A stretch of DNA of 63,736 bases, counting the filler, from Octopus bimaculoides (lineage: Eukaryota): the NCBI RefSeq assembly GCF_001194135.2. It is 4 parts of 4 records of this genome, joined end to end, with 100 filler letters (N's around TTAATTAATTAA, not from the genome) between each part and the next. Parts side by side here need not be neighbours in the genome. Positions count along the whole stretch, not along the records: positions 17,985 to 40,510 come from NC_069000.1; positions 40,611 to 59,722 come from NC_068985.1; 2 more parts are not named here. One strand, written 5' to 3'. How positions within the stretch are numbered: the stretch's first letter is position 1; each line of letters opens with the position of its first letter. Positions 38,811 to 52,905 of the stretch are shown one piece after another. Below the pieces are notes generated by a model. It had not been told where the DNA came from and searched no databases. It saw nothing but the letters and a program-made list of their open reading frames with translations. The position numbers were made by a program, and so were the translations under genes.

Positions 38811-39080
38811 GATATTTCGCCTTCACACCATTAATACAATTGAACTTTACCAATATTCTAAAATGAATTGATATTGAAATAGAAAACTTTACTCAGCGAG
38901 CATAATTATAAAAAATTTGATTAAAGAGTTTGAATTACCATTGATTGTGGTTGGAGTTGTTTACCATTGTCACGTGACTGACACGTCTTTTTGGTAATTG
39001 TTGCACTTTCGACGTCTTGCAAAAAAAAATTAACCAATTGACCGGTTCACGTGAATCGGTGCAAAACAAAATCCAAATAG

Positions 39081-39126
<46 letters not shown>

Positions 39127-39208
39127 NNNNNNNNNNNNNNNNNNNNNNNNNNNNNNNNNNNNNNNNNNNNNNNNNNNNNNNNNNNNNNNNNNNNNNNNNN
39201 NNNNNNNN

Positions 39209-39249
<41 letters not shown>

Positions 39250-40101
39250 TCACTCTCACTCTGTGCATGTACATATGTATGTGTACGTGTGTATGCATAT
39301 GTGTGTGTGCATGTATGTATGCGTGTTCATGCGTGTGTGTGTGTGTGTGCGTGCGCACGTATTGGCGTTCGTCCTCTTTCTGGCGTTGTTTTTCTTTTGA
39401 AAAATAATTATTGAGCAGCATTAATACTTTCATGGTGATGTTGATGATGATGATGATCATCATCATCATAATAATAAAGTGGTGGCAGTTGAGGGGGGAC
39501 GTGGTAGATGAGGTGGTGTGTAAATTAGTATTATTTTAATGAGCGACAGAGGAGAAACAAGGAAAGAAGAAATGAAGAAAAGAAGGAAAGAACGAGAGAC
39601 TGAAAACAAAAACAGAAAGAAAAAGAAAAAAAATGAAACAAGAACAAGAACAAAATGAAAAGAAAAGGAGAAAGAAAGGAACGAAGGGAGAAAAAAACAA
39701 AAAGTAAAGAAAGAGTGAAAAGAAAAGAGAAAATTGAAAGAAGAAAAGAAAATAGAAAATGAAAGACAAAAGGAAAAATAAAAGTTGATGGGAAAAAAAG
39801 AATGAAGTCGAGAAAAATTATCGAGTGGAAGGAGAGTGAATGAGTTTGAGAGAGAAGGATATCGAGGATTGAGAAAAGGTATATAAGAGAAAGAGAAACA
39901 GAAAATGAAGGAAGATGTGAAGGAAAGGAGAGAGAGAGAGAGAGAGAGAGATGAAGGATGAAGGAAGAGAATGAAGATTTTGAAGGAAGAAACAGAAAAT
40001 AAAACAAGGAAAATGTTTCTATTAAAATGGCGGTTAAAGTGATAAAGATTTTATGTATGGGTTTGTATTTATATGGGAGTAAGTATGTATGCTTATGTAT
40101 G

Positions 40102-40153
<52 letters not shown>

Positions 40154-40251
40154 TTTGTATGTATACATATATGCTTTTGTATGGGTATGTATTTATATAT
40201 ATATACACACACACATATACATACATACACACATATGCATGTATGTATGTC

Positions 40252-40285
<34 letters not shown>

Positions 40286-40461
40286 CAAATATATATATAT
40301 ATCAATATATCTACGTATGTACATATATACATGCATATTTACGTATATATATATATGTGCATATATATATACGTGTGTATATATATGTATGTATGTATGT
40401 CTATGTGTGTATATATATATATATGTATATATATGCATGTGTATATATATATGTATGTATG

Positions 40462-40510
<49 letters not shown>

Positions 40511-40610
40511 NNNNNNNNNNNNNNNNNNNNNNNNNNNNNNNNNNNNNNNNNNNNTTAATTAATTAANNNNNNNNNNNNNNNNNNNNNNNNNNNNNNNNNN
40601 NNNNNNNNNN
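40511..40610. other. Artificial scaffold join: 44 N + TTAATTAATTAA + 44 N
   Basis: Same structure. Confidence 0.92.
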
Positions 40611-42099
40611 TCAAAATTAAGATAAAGAAAGTTCTTTTTTAATCTAAAATATACTCTCTTTCATTTTCCACAATGTTCTTCCATCTATCTGATACACTTG
40701 CAAGGCTCCCTTTCCAAAATTAACTTGTCCATGATGAAAAATACTCCTCCAGTACTGTTCTGACTTCATCTACAGAATTCATATTGTTTCCATCCAAATG
40801 ATTTTGAAGACTGTAGAATAAATGATAATTAGATACGCCAATGTCCAGCAAATGTGATGAGTAGGGCATTGTTTCCCATTCAAACTGCTCCAGCCTTTGG
40901 AACGTCATCCTCATTTTATGTGGCTGAGTATTATCCTGATGGAAGAACACTTTTTGTTTTGCAACCAAAGATGGTAATTTTTCTTCCAGTGCTACTTGTA
41001 CTGCTCGCAGTAGATCTCGTTTGTTATAATTTAGTTTGGGTTTAAAAGTTCAAAGTGGACTAAACCTTTCATATCCCACCAAACAGATAACAACACCTTA
41101 CATGGGTGAAAACCTTCTTTAGCCTGGGCTACCAGTGTTTCTCCTTTCCCTATCTAATATCTTCTGTGCTTGACATTTTTACAGAGAATCCATTTCTCAT
41201 CACTATTCAGTCCAAAAAAGGTTCACTCATGAGACACAACAGCAGAGAAAAGCACACATTCACACACTGCATGTGATTAGACATGGAAAGTTTGTGAGGA
41301 GCCCATTGACCCAATTTGCTGACTTTTCTGATGGTATGCAGGTGTCAATGAATAGTTGAATGACCAAATCCAAGCTTCTCTGCTAGTTCCTCAACAGTTA
41401 CGATAGAGTTAGCAGGATATCCTTGTCAAGCTCTACAGATCTTCCAGAATGAAGCTCATCTTCTAGGCTGTAGTTTTCTGCTCAGAATTTCTGGAACTAC
41501 CATTGACACTGGCTTATGCTTATTGTCCAATCCCCATCATCATCATCATCATCATCATCATCGTTTAACGTCCACTTTCCATGCTAGCATGGGTTGGACG
41601 ATTTGACTGAGGACTGGTGAAACCGGATGGCAACACCAGCCTCCAATCTGATTTGGCAGTGTTTTTACAGCTGGATGCCCTTCCTAACGCCAACCACTCA
41701 GAGAGTGTAGTGGGTGCTTTTACGTGTCACCCGTACGAAGGCCAGTCCAGGGGCACTGGCAACAATCTCGCTCGAAGATCCTACGAAGGCCAGTCAGGCG
41801 GTACGGCCACGTGGCCCATATTCTGTATTAATATTCCTCGCACTTTCCATTGCATTGTTGCCTATATTGAACTCATAAAGAAAAATATACCAAATATGCT
41901 CCTTTGTCACTTCCATTATAGTTTTGAAAAAATAACTGTTAAATTCAAACTGTACCATTCAAAACTTGCACTAAGAATAAGTACAAGGTAAAATTACTAC
42001 CTGCTTTTATAGCAAGTTGATGCAGGTAGTTAATCTTGTCCCCCTTTGACTTTTAGTGCATGCAATTGAAAAAACCACATTATTTACGGGATGACCCAA
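40611..42099 (-). mobile_element. Degenerate mariner (DD34D-type) transposon, interrupted by an RTE 3' end
   Basis: TIR TA|TTGGGTCATCCCGTAAATAATGTGG at 42101-42075; MEVTKEHIWYIFLYEF, GQWAPHKLS, DEKWIL, VLLSVWWDMKG, FFHQDN, MPYSSHLLDIGVSNYHLF; the other end runs into the gap at 40610. Confidence 0.9.
41535..41814 (-). mobile_element. RTE 3'UTR/tail insertion nested in mariner
   Basis: (CAT)n + gtttaacgtcc..ttccatgctagcatggg; mariner frame N-T-E-Y-G-D-W-T rejoins across it with short ATGGG duplication/microhomology. Confidence 0.85.
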
Positions 42100-42897
42100 T
42101 ATGTATACATACGTATATATATATATATAGTGTGTGTGTGTATATTTAGATAAAGGTAATTATGGCTGGTTTATACGGTTACCCAGGGTTTTGCATCCAT
42201 AAAGCACCTCTGTGTGTGTATGTGTGTTTGAGAGTGCTACATGGAAAATCCATCATGGTAAATCAAAGAAATATTCTCAATATCTTTTCCCTTGTTGTGG
42301 ATCCATGTGTCTAAGGGAAATGTGTGGGAAAAATAAATATCTACTTCTCACCTTCATCAACAGATGAAAGAGTTAACACCATAAGTTATATTAACAAATA
42401 GATGGACTGATTAATTGAATGATGGGTAATTTGAGACAGCATAAAGGGAGATATTTATTTTTAGTTTTCTGATAAAAATCAGTAATGCCAACACAAATTA
42501 GACCATGTTTGATGAGTTTACCAATATTCACTGGAGCCAAACCTTTTACATAAAGTTTATGTACTGATTTTCATTTGTATAAAACATCATAATATAAAAG
42601 CAATATTAATTTGGTAAACTCAAATATTTCCTTACAAATTGCTCTGAAATTCTAGAATAGGCACAAAAAATTAAAAAAACCCAAAAAAAAAACCAAAAGG
42701 AAAAGAAAATAAAAAAATTATCACAAGTTTTCTTCTGTTATTGTTGTGTTATTATTATTATTAAAATAGTTATAATAATAAAGTAATATTCTGGTTCTTC
42801 TTCTTCTTATTATTTTTATTAATATTAATATTAATATTTTAAATTAATATTGTTATCATCATAATCATCATCATCATCGTCATCGTCGTCGTCATCC

Positions 42898-42934
<37 letters not shown>

Positions 42935-43639
42935 TTACTAATGGAGTTGTTTGCTAGTTCTATACATCAGAGAACAACAATTGCACCCTTTAACTTAGCT
43001 TAATGGAATATTTGTAAAACAATTGGTGAAGATCTAATTGAATATGAATGCTTTCTGTTAAAATTGACTTACTCTTCAAAGCTGAACACAAGATGGGGGA
43101 TATCTTCACCAGACCTCTACCCCATTCCATAAAGATGCTAACTTGATAGATTACACTAATGACTCAATATTCTCCACCTTTGCATATTTTTTGCCATATT
43201 GTGAGCACAAATATATAGAACATTATTATCATCAGTGCTATTAACATCAGCATTATCATTATCGTCATTACCACTGACATCATCATCATCATCATCATCA
43301 CCATTGTTGTCGTCATTAGTGTCATTGTCTTCATCACCATCATTATCACGGTCATCATTATCATGATGATGATCGCCATCATTTAATAAACTCTCTTCCT
43401 CTCTCTTTTTCTTTTCCATTATCCCTCTTCCTCATCAGCATCATTCTCTGTCAGTTATTTATCAACTCACTCCTGAGAAATTGTTTCTCATACATTCACT
43501 AATGACGCAATGTGGTCCTCTCCCTTGCTAGAAATAACACCCACACCATTAAATCACACCCTAAAATCTTTAGGAATGGAATAACACAAATGGTAAAGAG
43601 TAAGTCTGAAACAAAAGAGGATCAATATCTTTTATCTTT

Positions 43640-43785
43640 TATCTTTTACTTGTTTCAGTCATTAGACTACGGCCATGCTGGGGCACCACTTTGGAGAATT
43701 TTTTTAGTTGAACTAATCAACCCGAGTACTTATTTTAAAGCTTGGTACTTATTCTTTCGTCAATTACTTGAATTAAATATTTGAA
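43640..43785 (-). mobile_element. SINE family C 3' fragment
   Basis: ttgtttcagtcattagactacggccatgctggggcacc. Confidence 0.7.
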
Positions 43786-43789
43786 ATTT

Positions 43790-44030
43790 TTCATCAAAAA
43801 TTCATACTTTTCCTTTGTTAGTCTAAACCCATATTCATTTATTTTTCCGAATACTTTTTTAGCATGTTTTAAGTGCTGCTCCACTGATTCGCTCGTTATC
43901 AAAATATCACCGAAATAAGCAATAGCGAAGTTGCAATAATTTAACATTGCATTCGTAACTCGTTGGAATATGGCAGGAGCTACTTTTACTCTAAAAGGGA
44001 GCCACTTGAATTTATACAATCCAAGGTGTG
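43790..44030 (-). mobile_element. Ty3/gypsy LTR-retrotransposon RT fragment
   Basis: YKFKWLPFRVKVAPAIFQR...AIAYFGDILITS...KVFGKINEYGFRL..EKYEF (LPFG..APAIFQ and YLDD degenerate). Confidence 0.85.
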
Positions 44031-44201
44031 TGTCGACTGTTAAATGGTTTGTATAATCTTTCTCTACCTGTATCTGCAGATAGCATTCCGAGAGGTCTAA
44101 CTTTGTGAAAATTTTTCCTCAATTTAGCTTTTTGAGAACACTTCTTCTGGGAATAGGAATAGATAATTGTGCACCTCAGATTATTATTATTATTATTATT
44201 A

Positions 44202-44245
<44 letters not shown>

Positions 44246-44331
44246 TTATTATTATTATATTCTGGCATGGTCGCTAGGTCACACATTTCATTTTTGGTGG
44301 AATGGGGTGGGGGAGGAAAAGAATTAGTCTA

Positions 44332-44430
44332 GATTGACCCCAGCACATCTCTGTTACATGTATTTTATCAACCATGAAGCATAAACTCTACAAGCTCTTT
44401 GTTCAACGCTCTACCGATTCTGCTGGTTCA
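44332..44430 (-). mobile_element. Old SINE family A remnant
   Basis: gattgaccccag...attttatcaacc...ctaccgattctgc. Confidence 0.45.
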
Positions 44431-45189
44431 GTAGCTTCAAGGATACTAATAACAATAACAGTTATAATAAAATATAATAGTACTTAACTGTTTTTCTCTC
44501 ATCAATTAGTTATCTTATTTCGTGGCATTTTATATATTTGCTAGAAATCCAGAAATTCCATCACAAGATGAAAATGAAGAATTGGGTAGGGCTTAGCTAA
44601 ATGGAAATAAATCATACTCGTTGGCACAGAGAAGCTGAACAGGAAAATTGATCTCTCCACTTCACACAAACTGTTCATATATAACTCTGGTGATTCCAGG
44701 ATTACTTGTCACCTTGGACAAAAAAAAAAAAAGATGTTTTGCAAAGTGAGAGAAATTCTTGACTTAAGTCGGCAAGAATTGACAAGTAACTTGGTAAGAA
44801 AGAAAAACAAATTCTTTATTTCTCATCAAAACCACCTCACAGGAAACAAATGCATGTGTGTTTATATGCGTGTGTGGGTGTGTGGGTGTGTGTGTGAGCA
44901 GAAACACACGCACATGCATGCACACATATTTACATATAAATGAATATATAAATACATACATACACACACACATACACATATTTATTTATATATANNNNNN
45001 NNNNNNNNNNNNNNNNNNNNNNNNNNNNNNNNNNNNNNNNNNNNNNNNNNNNNNNNNNNNNNNNNNNNNNNNNNNNNNNNNNNNNNNNNNNNNNNNNNNN
45101 NNNNNNNNNNNNNNNNNNNNNNNNNNNNNNNNNNNNNNNNNNNNNNNNNNNNNNNNNNNNNNNNNNNNNNNNNATAGATAGATAGATAG

Positions 45190-45670
45190 ATATAGAGACT
45201 AATACATATATGTGTGCATATGTACAAATATATTATATATACATTCATATACATACATATCATACATTCATACATATATATACATATATATATACACATA
45301 TATACATATGCGGTTATATATACATATATATATGCATATATATATATATGTATATACATACACACACATATTTATATATACATACATACACATACGCACA
45401 TATATATACACATATATACGTATATGGTTAGATATGAATATATATGCATATATATATATATATATATATATGTATACACATACATAAGTATACATACATA
45501 CACATACATACATACATACGTACATACATATGTACATACATACGTACATACATACATATGTACATATACACAATACATAATACATACATGCAAACATACG
45601 TATATACATACGTACGTACATATATACATAATACATACATACATGCAAACATACGTACATACATACATAT
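45190..45670. repeat. Degenerate (TA)n/(CATA)n field; many further TA/CA/CATA/CT tracts flank most N gaps
   Basis: Direct inspection. Confidence 0.9.
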
Positions 45671-46404
45671 TACAGTGCTTTTGTAGAAAGTTGAATACAC
45701 TAGGAAAAAACACAGAAGCATCATTCTAAGAGCAAATACAAAAAGTGCAAATGTAAAACAGTTTCTGGTAATATTAAAATGAAAGCTCAAGTTTCGCGGG
45801 TAACTTTGATTTAATAACTCAGCAAAGAAAATAGATAAATTCAAAAATGTTGGCTGTAAATTCCTTCAAAGATAAAACTTTGGACAGATCTTAGTTGAAG
45901 AGGTGATATTAAGAAGAAAGAAACACTCACTTGATTGTGTAAGAAAGACATATTGAGATGGAAGGATTGCTGGTAGGCAGCTTATCTTGGAATCAATCCT
46001 TCCTCTACATTTCACTCCCTAACACCCATCATTTCCCCTTATCACCTAAGAGTAGAATAGGCACGGTCTACATCGCCACCCCATCCAGCTTTCTCAGTTA
46101 CCTTTCTTTCCCCCAAGGTCTCCACTAATCCCCTCCTTCCTGCACCTCCTCTTCCCTCCCTCTGATGCTCTTCACCATCAACATCTCATTTGCCTGCTAT
46201 CACCCTCAATGCTCTTACATATGTCCTACAAACCCCATCCCTGAGCAGCTCCTATATTTCTTTCCATCATTTGCTACAGTCACCTCATCCCATCCACATA
46301 TTTAGCCCAAGCCTCTCTGTCACCTCACCCAGTCTCACCACTCCTACTGTCCCCTGAGGGTAAGTCTCAACAAATCTCCTCCATAAGCTCCCCCTCTCTC
46401 TCTC

Positions 46405-46445
<41 letters not shown>

Positions 46446-46684
46446 CTCTCTTTATCCTAATCTCTAACTCACTCTCCTCTCTTTTCCAAGTGAAGTATTC
46501 TTTCATCTCCTCCACAACAAGGCACCTACAGCTGACCCTTTATACTTTTAATGTCTCAATTGGCTTAAAGCCCTCTCAGTACTATTCTCCCCTCCCAGTT
46601 GAAGGGTTTTTGTTTTGCAAACTACTTGGTGACCCTGTTACTGCTGGTGCCACAGCAATAACACTTAGTACACTATGTAAAATG

Positions 46685-46830
46685 GTTGGCATTAGGAAGG
46701 GCAAGACGGACAATAGAAATTAAGAAGCCGAGACAGACAATAGAACCTGGTGTGGTTCCTGGTCTTGCCAGCACTCGTCAAACTGTCCAAAGTCAAGGCC
46801 AGCAAGGAAAACAAATGTTAAATGTTGATG
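46685..46830 (+). mobile_element. Old RTE 3'UTR remnant
   Basis: ggttggcattaggaagggca...atgttaaatgttgatgat. Confidence 0.5.
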
Positions 46831-47026
46831 ATTGTGAGGATTCTTTCAGTTTCATCAATCTCATCCTCGTGGTCCACTATTTCATCATTATCATTGTCAT
46901 CATTGTTCTTGTCATCTCCACCACCATCACTATCATCATCATCAAACCATCACCAGCATCATCACTATCACCCCCACTACAACAAAAAATAACACCATCT
47001 GTCATCATTGGCATCATCATTCAATT

Positions 47027-48126
47027 ATGTCAGGTTATTAAGAACGAAATGTCCGATTTTCTTATGCACCAAGTTTGACAGTCGTTAATTCAAACGTTTA
47101 ATCCTGACAATTCTTTGTTTTACAACTTTGAAGAGTTACATCATCACTTTTCGAAATGCAATTCATGGTGTCTGATTATGTTGTGAGTTTTATCTTGTAA
47201 ATCAATTTTTGTGAACCCATGGATAGATAAAAAATTCCTGTTGTTTATGAATATGAGTTCTGTCATGGAACCAATGCATCCCAGACAGCTTGAAACATCA
47301 ATGAGGTGTTTGGTGAAGATGTGGTGAATGAGCACACTGTATGTCGATGGTTTGAGAAGCTCCGGTCTAGTGACTTTACTCTTGAAAATCAGCCCTGTGG
47401 TAGACTTGAGACCAAGGTTGATAATGATGAGCTGGAAACTGTAGGGGAAGCAGATACATCTCAAACTATGCATCAGTTAACAGCAAGGTTTGATGTTTCG
47501 ATTCCAACTGTATTGGACCATNNNNNNNNNNNNNNNNNNNNNNNNNNNNNNNNNNNNNNNNNNNNNNNNNNNNNNNNNNNNNNNNNNNNNNNNNNNNNNN
47601 NNNNNNNNNNNNNNNNNNNNNNNNNNNNNNNNNNNNNNNNNNNNNNNNNNNNNNNNNNNNNNNNNNNNNNNNNNNNNNNNNNNNNNNNNNNNNNNNNNNN
47701 NNNNNNNNNNNNNNNNNNNNNNNNNNNNNNNNNNNNNNNNNNNNNNNNNNNNNNNNNNNNNNNNNNNNNNNNNNTGGTCCAGTGCTGGTGTCATCCACCA
47801 GAGCATTATGAGACCTGGTAAGTCAATTACAGTGGATTTGTACATCAACCAATTGGATGAAATGATGAGTGAGCTTGCAATTAAACAACTGAGATTGGTC
47901 AATAGAGACAGGCCAATTCTCTTGCAAGACAATGCTTGACCACATGTTGCACAAAGAACACTACTAAAGTTACAGGAACTGAACTTGGAAGTGCTCTGTC
48001 ATCCACCATATTCACCAGATCTTGCACCAACTGACTCTCACATTTTCCAGGTTTTAGACAACTTATTGCAAGGAAAAAACTTCAAATCTGAAGATGTAAA
48101 AACAGCCTTTTGTGATTTCATCACCG
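47027..48126 (+). mobile_element. Degenerate mariner (DD34D) transposon with internal N gap, 3' end broken by an (ATC)n retro-tail
   Basis: FGEDVVNEHTVCRWFEK HTH; LLQDNA*PHVAQ...HPPYSPDLAPTD with 34 residues between D2 and D3. Confidence 0.9.
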
Positions 48127-48350
48127 TGATCATCATCATCATCATCATTGTCATCGTTATCGTCATCGTCGTCGTCGTAGTCGTCCTCATCATCATCATC
48201 GTCATCAACATCATCGTCATCTAACAACTGTTTTCCATGCTGACACGGTTTGAATGGTTTGACTGGAGCAGGGCCAGGCATCATACCATGCTCTATAGTC
48301 TGTTTCAGCATGGTTTCTACAACTGGATGCCCTTCCTAATGTCAAACACT
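48127..48350 (-). mobile_element. Older RTE 3'UTR/tail copy with degenerate (ATC)n
   Basis: tttccatgctg...ctggatgcccttcctaatg. Confidence 0.7.
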
Positions 48351-48647
48351 TTACAGTATGTAATAGGTACTTTTAACATGGTTCACATGTTGCCTAAGTA
48401 ACGGAAACTGTCTACTATTTCTAACGAGCCCCTCCCCCATACATTTAAAGGAATCTATTTTTTGTACATTCCTGGAGTTTATTGTACCTGTTCATCTGTT
48501 ACACATAAAGGCTACTTTCTCTGTTAATCAATTGCTTGTACTGAGTACACTGAATGGACTTTCTACCGACATCTTTCCAACATATCAAACAGGGTCATCT
48601 CTCAGAAAGGATCAGTGATTTGTTCATTTGCCTGACTAATAGTGAAA

Positions 48648-48870
48648 GCACCATCCGATCGTGGCCGTTACCAGCCTCCTCTGGTCCCTGTGCCGGTGGC
48701 ACATAAAAAACACCCACTACACTCTTGGAGTGGTTGGCATTAGGAAGGGCATCCAGCTGTAGAAACACTGCCAGATCAGACTGGAGCCTGGCGCAGCCTC
48801 CTGGCTTCGCAGACCCCAGTTGAACCATGCCAGCATGGAAAACGGACGTTAAATGATGATGATGATGATA
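48648..48870 (+). mobile_element. RTE 3'UTR/tail copy
   Basis: ttaggaagggcatccagctgtag...ccatgccagcatggaaaacggacgttaaatgatgatg. Confidence 0.8.
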
Positions 48871-48879
48871 TAATACTGT

Positions 48880-49910
48880 GGGTATCTATGGAGGAAATCC
48901 CGAACTGAATCATCCGAATCTTTATCCTTAGAAAAGGGATCCAATCAGCTGTAGATAAGAAACAGCATTTCAACAGGTGTAAAATGAATTCCTTTTGTCT
49001 TTTTGAAATTTAACATGGAACTGTATGACAGCTCAGTAGACATAACTGCTTTTGTTTTGCAGACATGGAGCAATTACCTGGAGATGTATCGCTCTTGGTA
49101 TCAAAAGAGCTTTTGACAGAATCTGCCACAATGTACTTGTGCAAACTGAAACCCAAAGAAATTCTGGGTAAAATGATGAAATCATTGCAAAGTTATGTTA
49201 ACAAGAAATCTAATAAAAACCACTCTTTCATGTAAATTATCTGATCTGGCACCTTTCAGGACATTAATCCACTAAGGTCTGCTTCCGGACTCAGTTATCA
49301 TAAATAATCTGATCAAGACCAATGGAAACATCTTGAATGTTATTATTTCATGCTGTTTGTACCAATAAGATTATCGTGACCCCAAGGAAAAGAGATGCAT
49401 CAAATTTTGATTTTCATTTTAGGAATCATAAGCTTCCAATGGAAAGGCATAAAGTTTTAAATTTTGGGTGTAACCCTAACAGGAACCTTAATAGCAGGTT
49501 GATATGGGTAGAATATATCAATACCATTTGTAACAGATCTGCACAGGGGGTTGGAATGCTAAACACAATCAATAGATATGAAAGGGACAGCTACCGTTTG
49601 CAGAGCACAAGTTTGAAATATCATGGAGTGTGGCCATCTATCCCAAATATATATTTCATCTGCCTTCATTTTCCATCTCATTGAAATCCAAAGCTATTCT
49701 GTCATTCCAGAATGAAAGACTTGTTGCACAAAGACTCTCACTTTCACATTTGCACCATCTCTTTTGATACTTGATGTTTTCTCACTTGCTGTGCATCGTC
49801 TCTCTATGCTTTGCTGCCAATATGATGAACAAATTCCTTGAAAGCTGCAATAAAACCACCTCCAACTGATAGAATACATACTTTCAAAAAGCTGAGTATA
49901 CAAATATCGT
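48880..49910 (+). mobile_element. Old degenerate LINE ORF2 (RT and downstream region)
   Basis: IALGIKRAFDRICHNVLVQ (AFD.V.H motif) near 49090-49145; NLNSRLIWVEYINTICNRSAQGVGML near 49480-49560. Confidence 0.7.
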
Positions 49911-51103
49911 CTATCACTTTCAGCTTTGATAATGAGGTGAACTTGAGATTAGCCATTTCGAACTGAGCAGAGCAGTAATCATACTGTGTCAAATATTGAT
50001 CCTGATGTAGAGAGAAAAAGAATTTGGTAGGCAAACTTTTAAATAATATTGGACAAATGTTATTGAATAAACTGTTGTTAAAAATAGAAGAGATGACATT
50101 AGATGAAAGAGAATCTAAAAGATTATTGGAAACATCATTCCCTTACTTATAAACATATCTCTCTTCTTTCTTCATTTCAAATTCAATTCTGGCCAACATA
50201 CATCACCATTACTCTAACAATGTTATCCTTTTATATAACAGCAGAGATGAGTTCAATTTTCTAACTCATATATTTGTTTTGTTATTGCTATTTTGTTCTA
50301 ATCTTGAACCTAGGAAAAGATTCAAGTCATGAGCAGACTTCCTTTTTCTCATCCTAAATATATTTAGGATAACATTATCCAATGTGTTCCTTCTTTTTGC
50401 TTCTTTTTTTTTCCTTCTTAACGCAGAAGATATGATTTGAGGATTATTTTCTTGTGAGCAACAGACTTATGTGAAGTGATATATATGGCAGTGGTTCATA
50501 TCAACAAAATACAATTAAAGAGCTGGAATTAAAGTACATTTGTAAGATCTGAAGAGGAAAGAATATTTCATATTAAATCATTGTCTTAGTCTATACCAGA
50601 CTAGTGTATCTGTCTCATATATGGATTAGATACAAGTTCTTTGCCTGTTGTCTTATAATGTATTTTAAAGGCAGGCAAAGATAAGTTAGCAGACCAAGCA
50701 GTAATTCATATTTGTTTAGTCAGCCTGGCTACCGGATCACTTAAGTATTGATAATTAATCCGTTTAAACTAAGTTTGGTGGAATATAATCTAACATCGTC
50801 TCAAAATACTGGAGTTGAAACATTAAGTAATTGAAACATTAAACCTCACAACTTTTAAGGTCAAATATATAACAACAAGTTCAGTGACAACAACATGCTA
50901 ACCTATAGTAAAAGATAATTATGATTTTGGCTTAGGTTACATTTTATTAGATTCATTGTTGTTTCATTAATTTGGCAACCATTTAATCTCTCTCTCTACA
51001 CATTTCTCATCCTTCTGACACACACACACTCACACACACATAAACACATAGATATATAAATATAGAGAGAGATGTGTGTCCATACATGCGAATATAATTG
51101 TGC

Positions 51104-51155
<52 letters not shown>

Positions 51156-51673
51156 ATGCATATATATGTATATATATATATGTGTATGCATGTATATATG
51201 ATAAATATTACAAGTGGTACATAAAAATGGTAACGCCTCCTAATATGGCAAATTATATTGACCAATTTATTCTTTGCTTTGATTGAAAGTGCCATGCTTA
51301 ACATTTTCGGTAAACTACAGACTAAAATCTCTCATCAGACTTGATGCTAGCTTCAAAGGAATTTGTAGGAATTTTTATTGGGAGATTTTGTTTCGCTCTC
51401 GTTGGTATTCCCATATTTTCTATGGCTTTATTTACATAGTGTTTAGTTGTGTTATGAAGCAACTATCTTAGCTCTGTGTACTGGGAGCATAAAAGATATT
51501 GTAAGATGGTAGATATTGGGTTTAATAGAGGTTGAATGTGATTAACAATCTAACATTTGTTCGGTTGCTGATACAACTGTCGGCTTATTGTTTTATCTGG
51601 TGAACAGGACAGCTTCAAACGTTGGTCACTAACTTTCAAATGAATTGACAAGATATAGTGATGGAGTACAAGG

Positions 51674-51706
<33 letters not shown>

Positions 51707-52194
51707 GGAGGAGGAATATAAGAGATAAGAGACAGAAAGAGAGAAAATAAAAAGAAGGAAAATAAGGAGAAAGAAAGCTATAGTGTACAAGAATGTGTGT
51801 ATTTGTATGTAAATGAAAAAGAAAGAGAAACAAGAAGAAAGAGATATATGAAGAAAATAGGAAGGAAGAAGGAAATAGAGAAAGTTATACATATTTATAG
51901 ATAAATACCCATTATTGATGATATTGTTTCTTAAGACTCTTATCTAACGAGTCCTTTACAGATGGTGTGATTTGATAGTAACTTAGCTGTTATTTTCAGT
52001 AACTTCGTAGAAGCTCCCTTTTCTAGCCCCTATTGAACCCCTTTGAGTTATAGTTGATGCTGTTGTGTAGTCCATAGTCAACCTTGATTAAGTGAAACTT
52101 TAAGCATAGATATTCCCACCATGACCAACTCATCTGCATTTCAGACATAGTGTACTATTCAGTACATGCATATACAATGAGATAGCTGTGACAA

Positions 52195-52500
52195 ATTATG
52201 AATCTCATTTTCTTTGACAGGATCAGGAACGAAGAGATCCTACGGTGTGCTGGTCTGGCTCCTAATATGGAAATACTCCTTGATAGAAATTTATGTTGGT
52301 TTGGTCACATACACAAAATGGACAACAATAGACTCCTCGGACAACCCCTTTGCTCCCAACTATGCAAGGGGAAAAGACATCACGGAAGACCAAGACTGAG
52401 ATTCAAAGATAGTGCAGAAAGGAATTGGTCATAATAAATGGCAAACCCAAGGAAAAAACTGACCAGTCTGGGGAAAGCTTATCAAATCAGGATAAAGACA
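52195..52500 (+). mobile_element. RTE-clade LINE C-terminal fragment
   Basis: DRIRNEEILRCAGL...LCWFGHIHKMDNNRL...GKRHHGRPRLRFKD. Confidence 0.85.
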
Positions 52501-52905
52501 TGAACAGTCATAGTTGCAACGAGTGACTGGAGATAGTGTGCTTTTAATTTTCTTTTAAACTAGAAACTTGTGATTTTGGAGAAAGATAACTGGTATTTCT
52601 GACTCAACAGGAAACAAAATTTACCTCTTTACCACATGTGTACAGTGGTGATGAAGGAATGTTGCATCTCTCCATTGCTATGTAAAGTCAAGAATTATTA
52701 AATCTCTCTACCTTCCATATTCATTTAACTCTGTAGTTTTGTGAATGTGACAAACTGTGTATACCACTTCACATACACAGACACAGTATGTGTATACATA
52801 CATACATACACACATACATACATACATACATACATACGTACATACATACATACATACATACATACATAATACATACATACATACATACATGCATACATAC
52901 ATATA

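Noticed and set aside
43073-43141. Minus-strand micro-exon with a GTAAGT donor
   Set aside because: Acceptor lacks a polypyrimidine tract; peptide unrecognisable.
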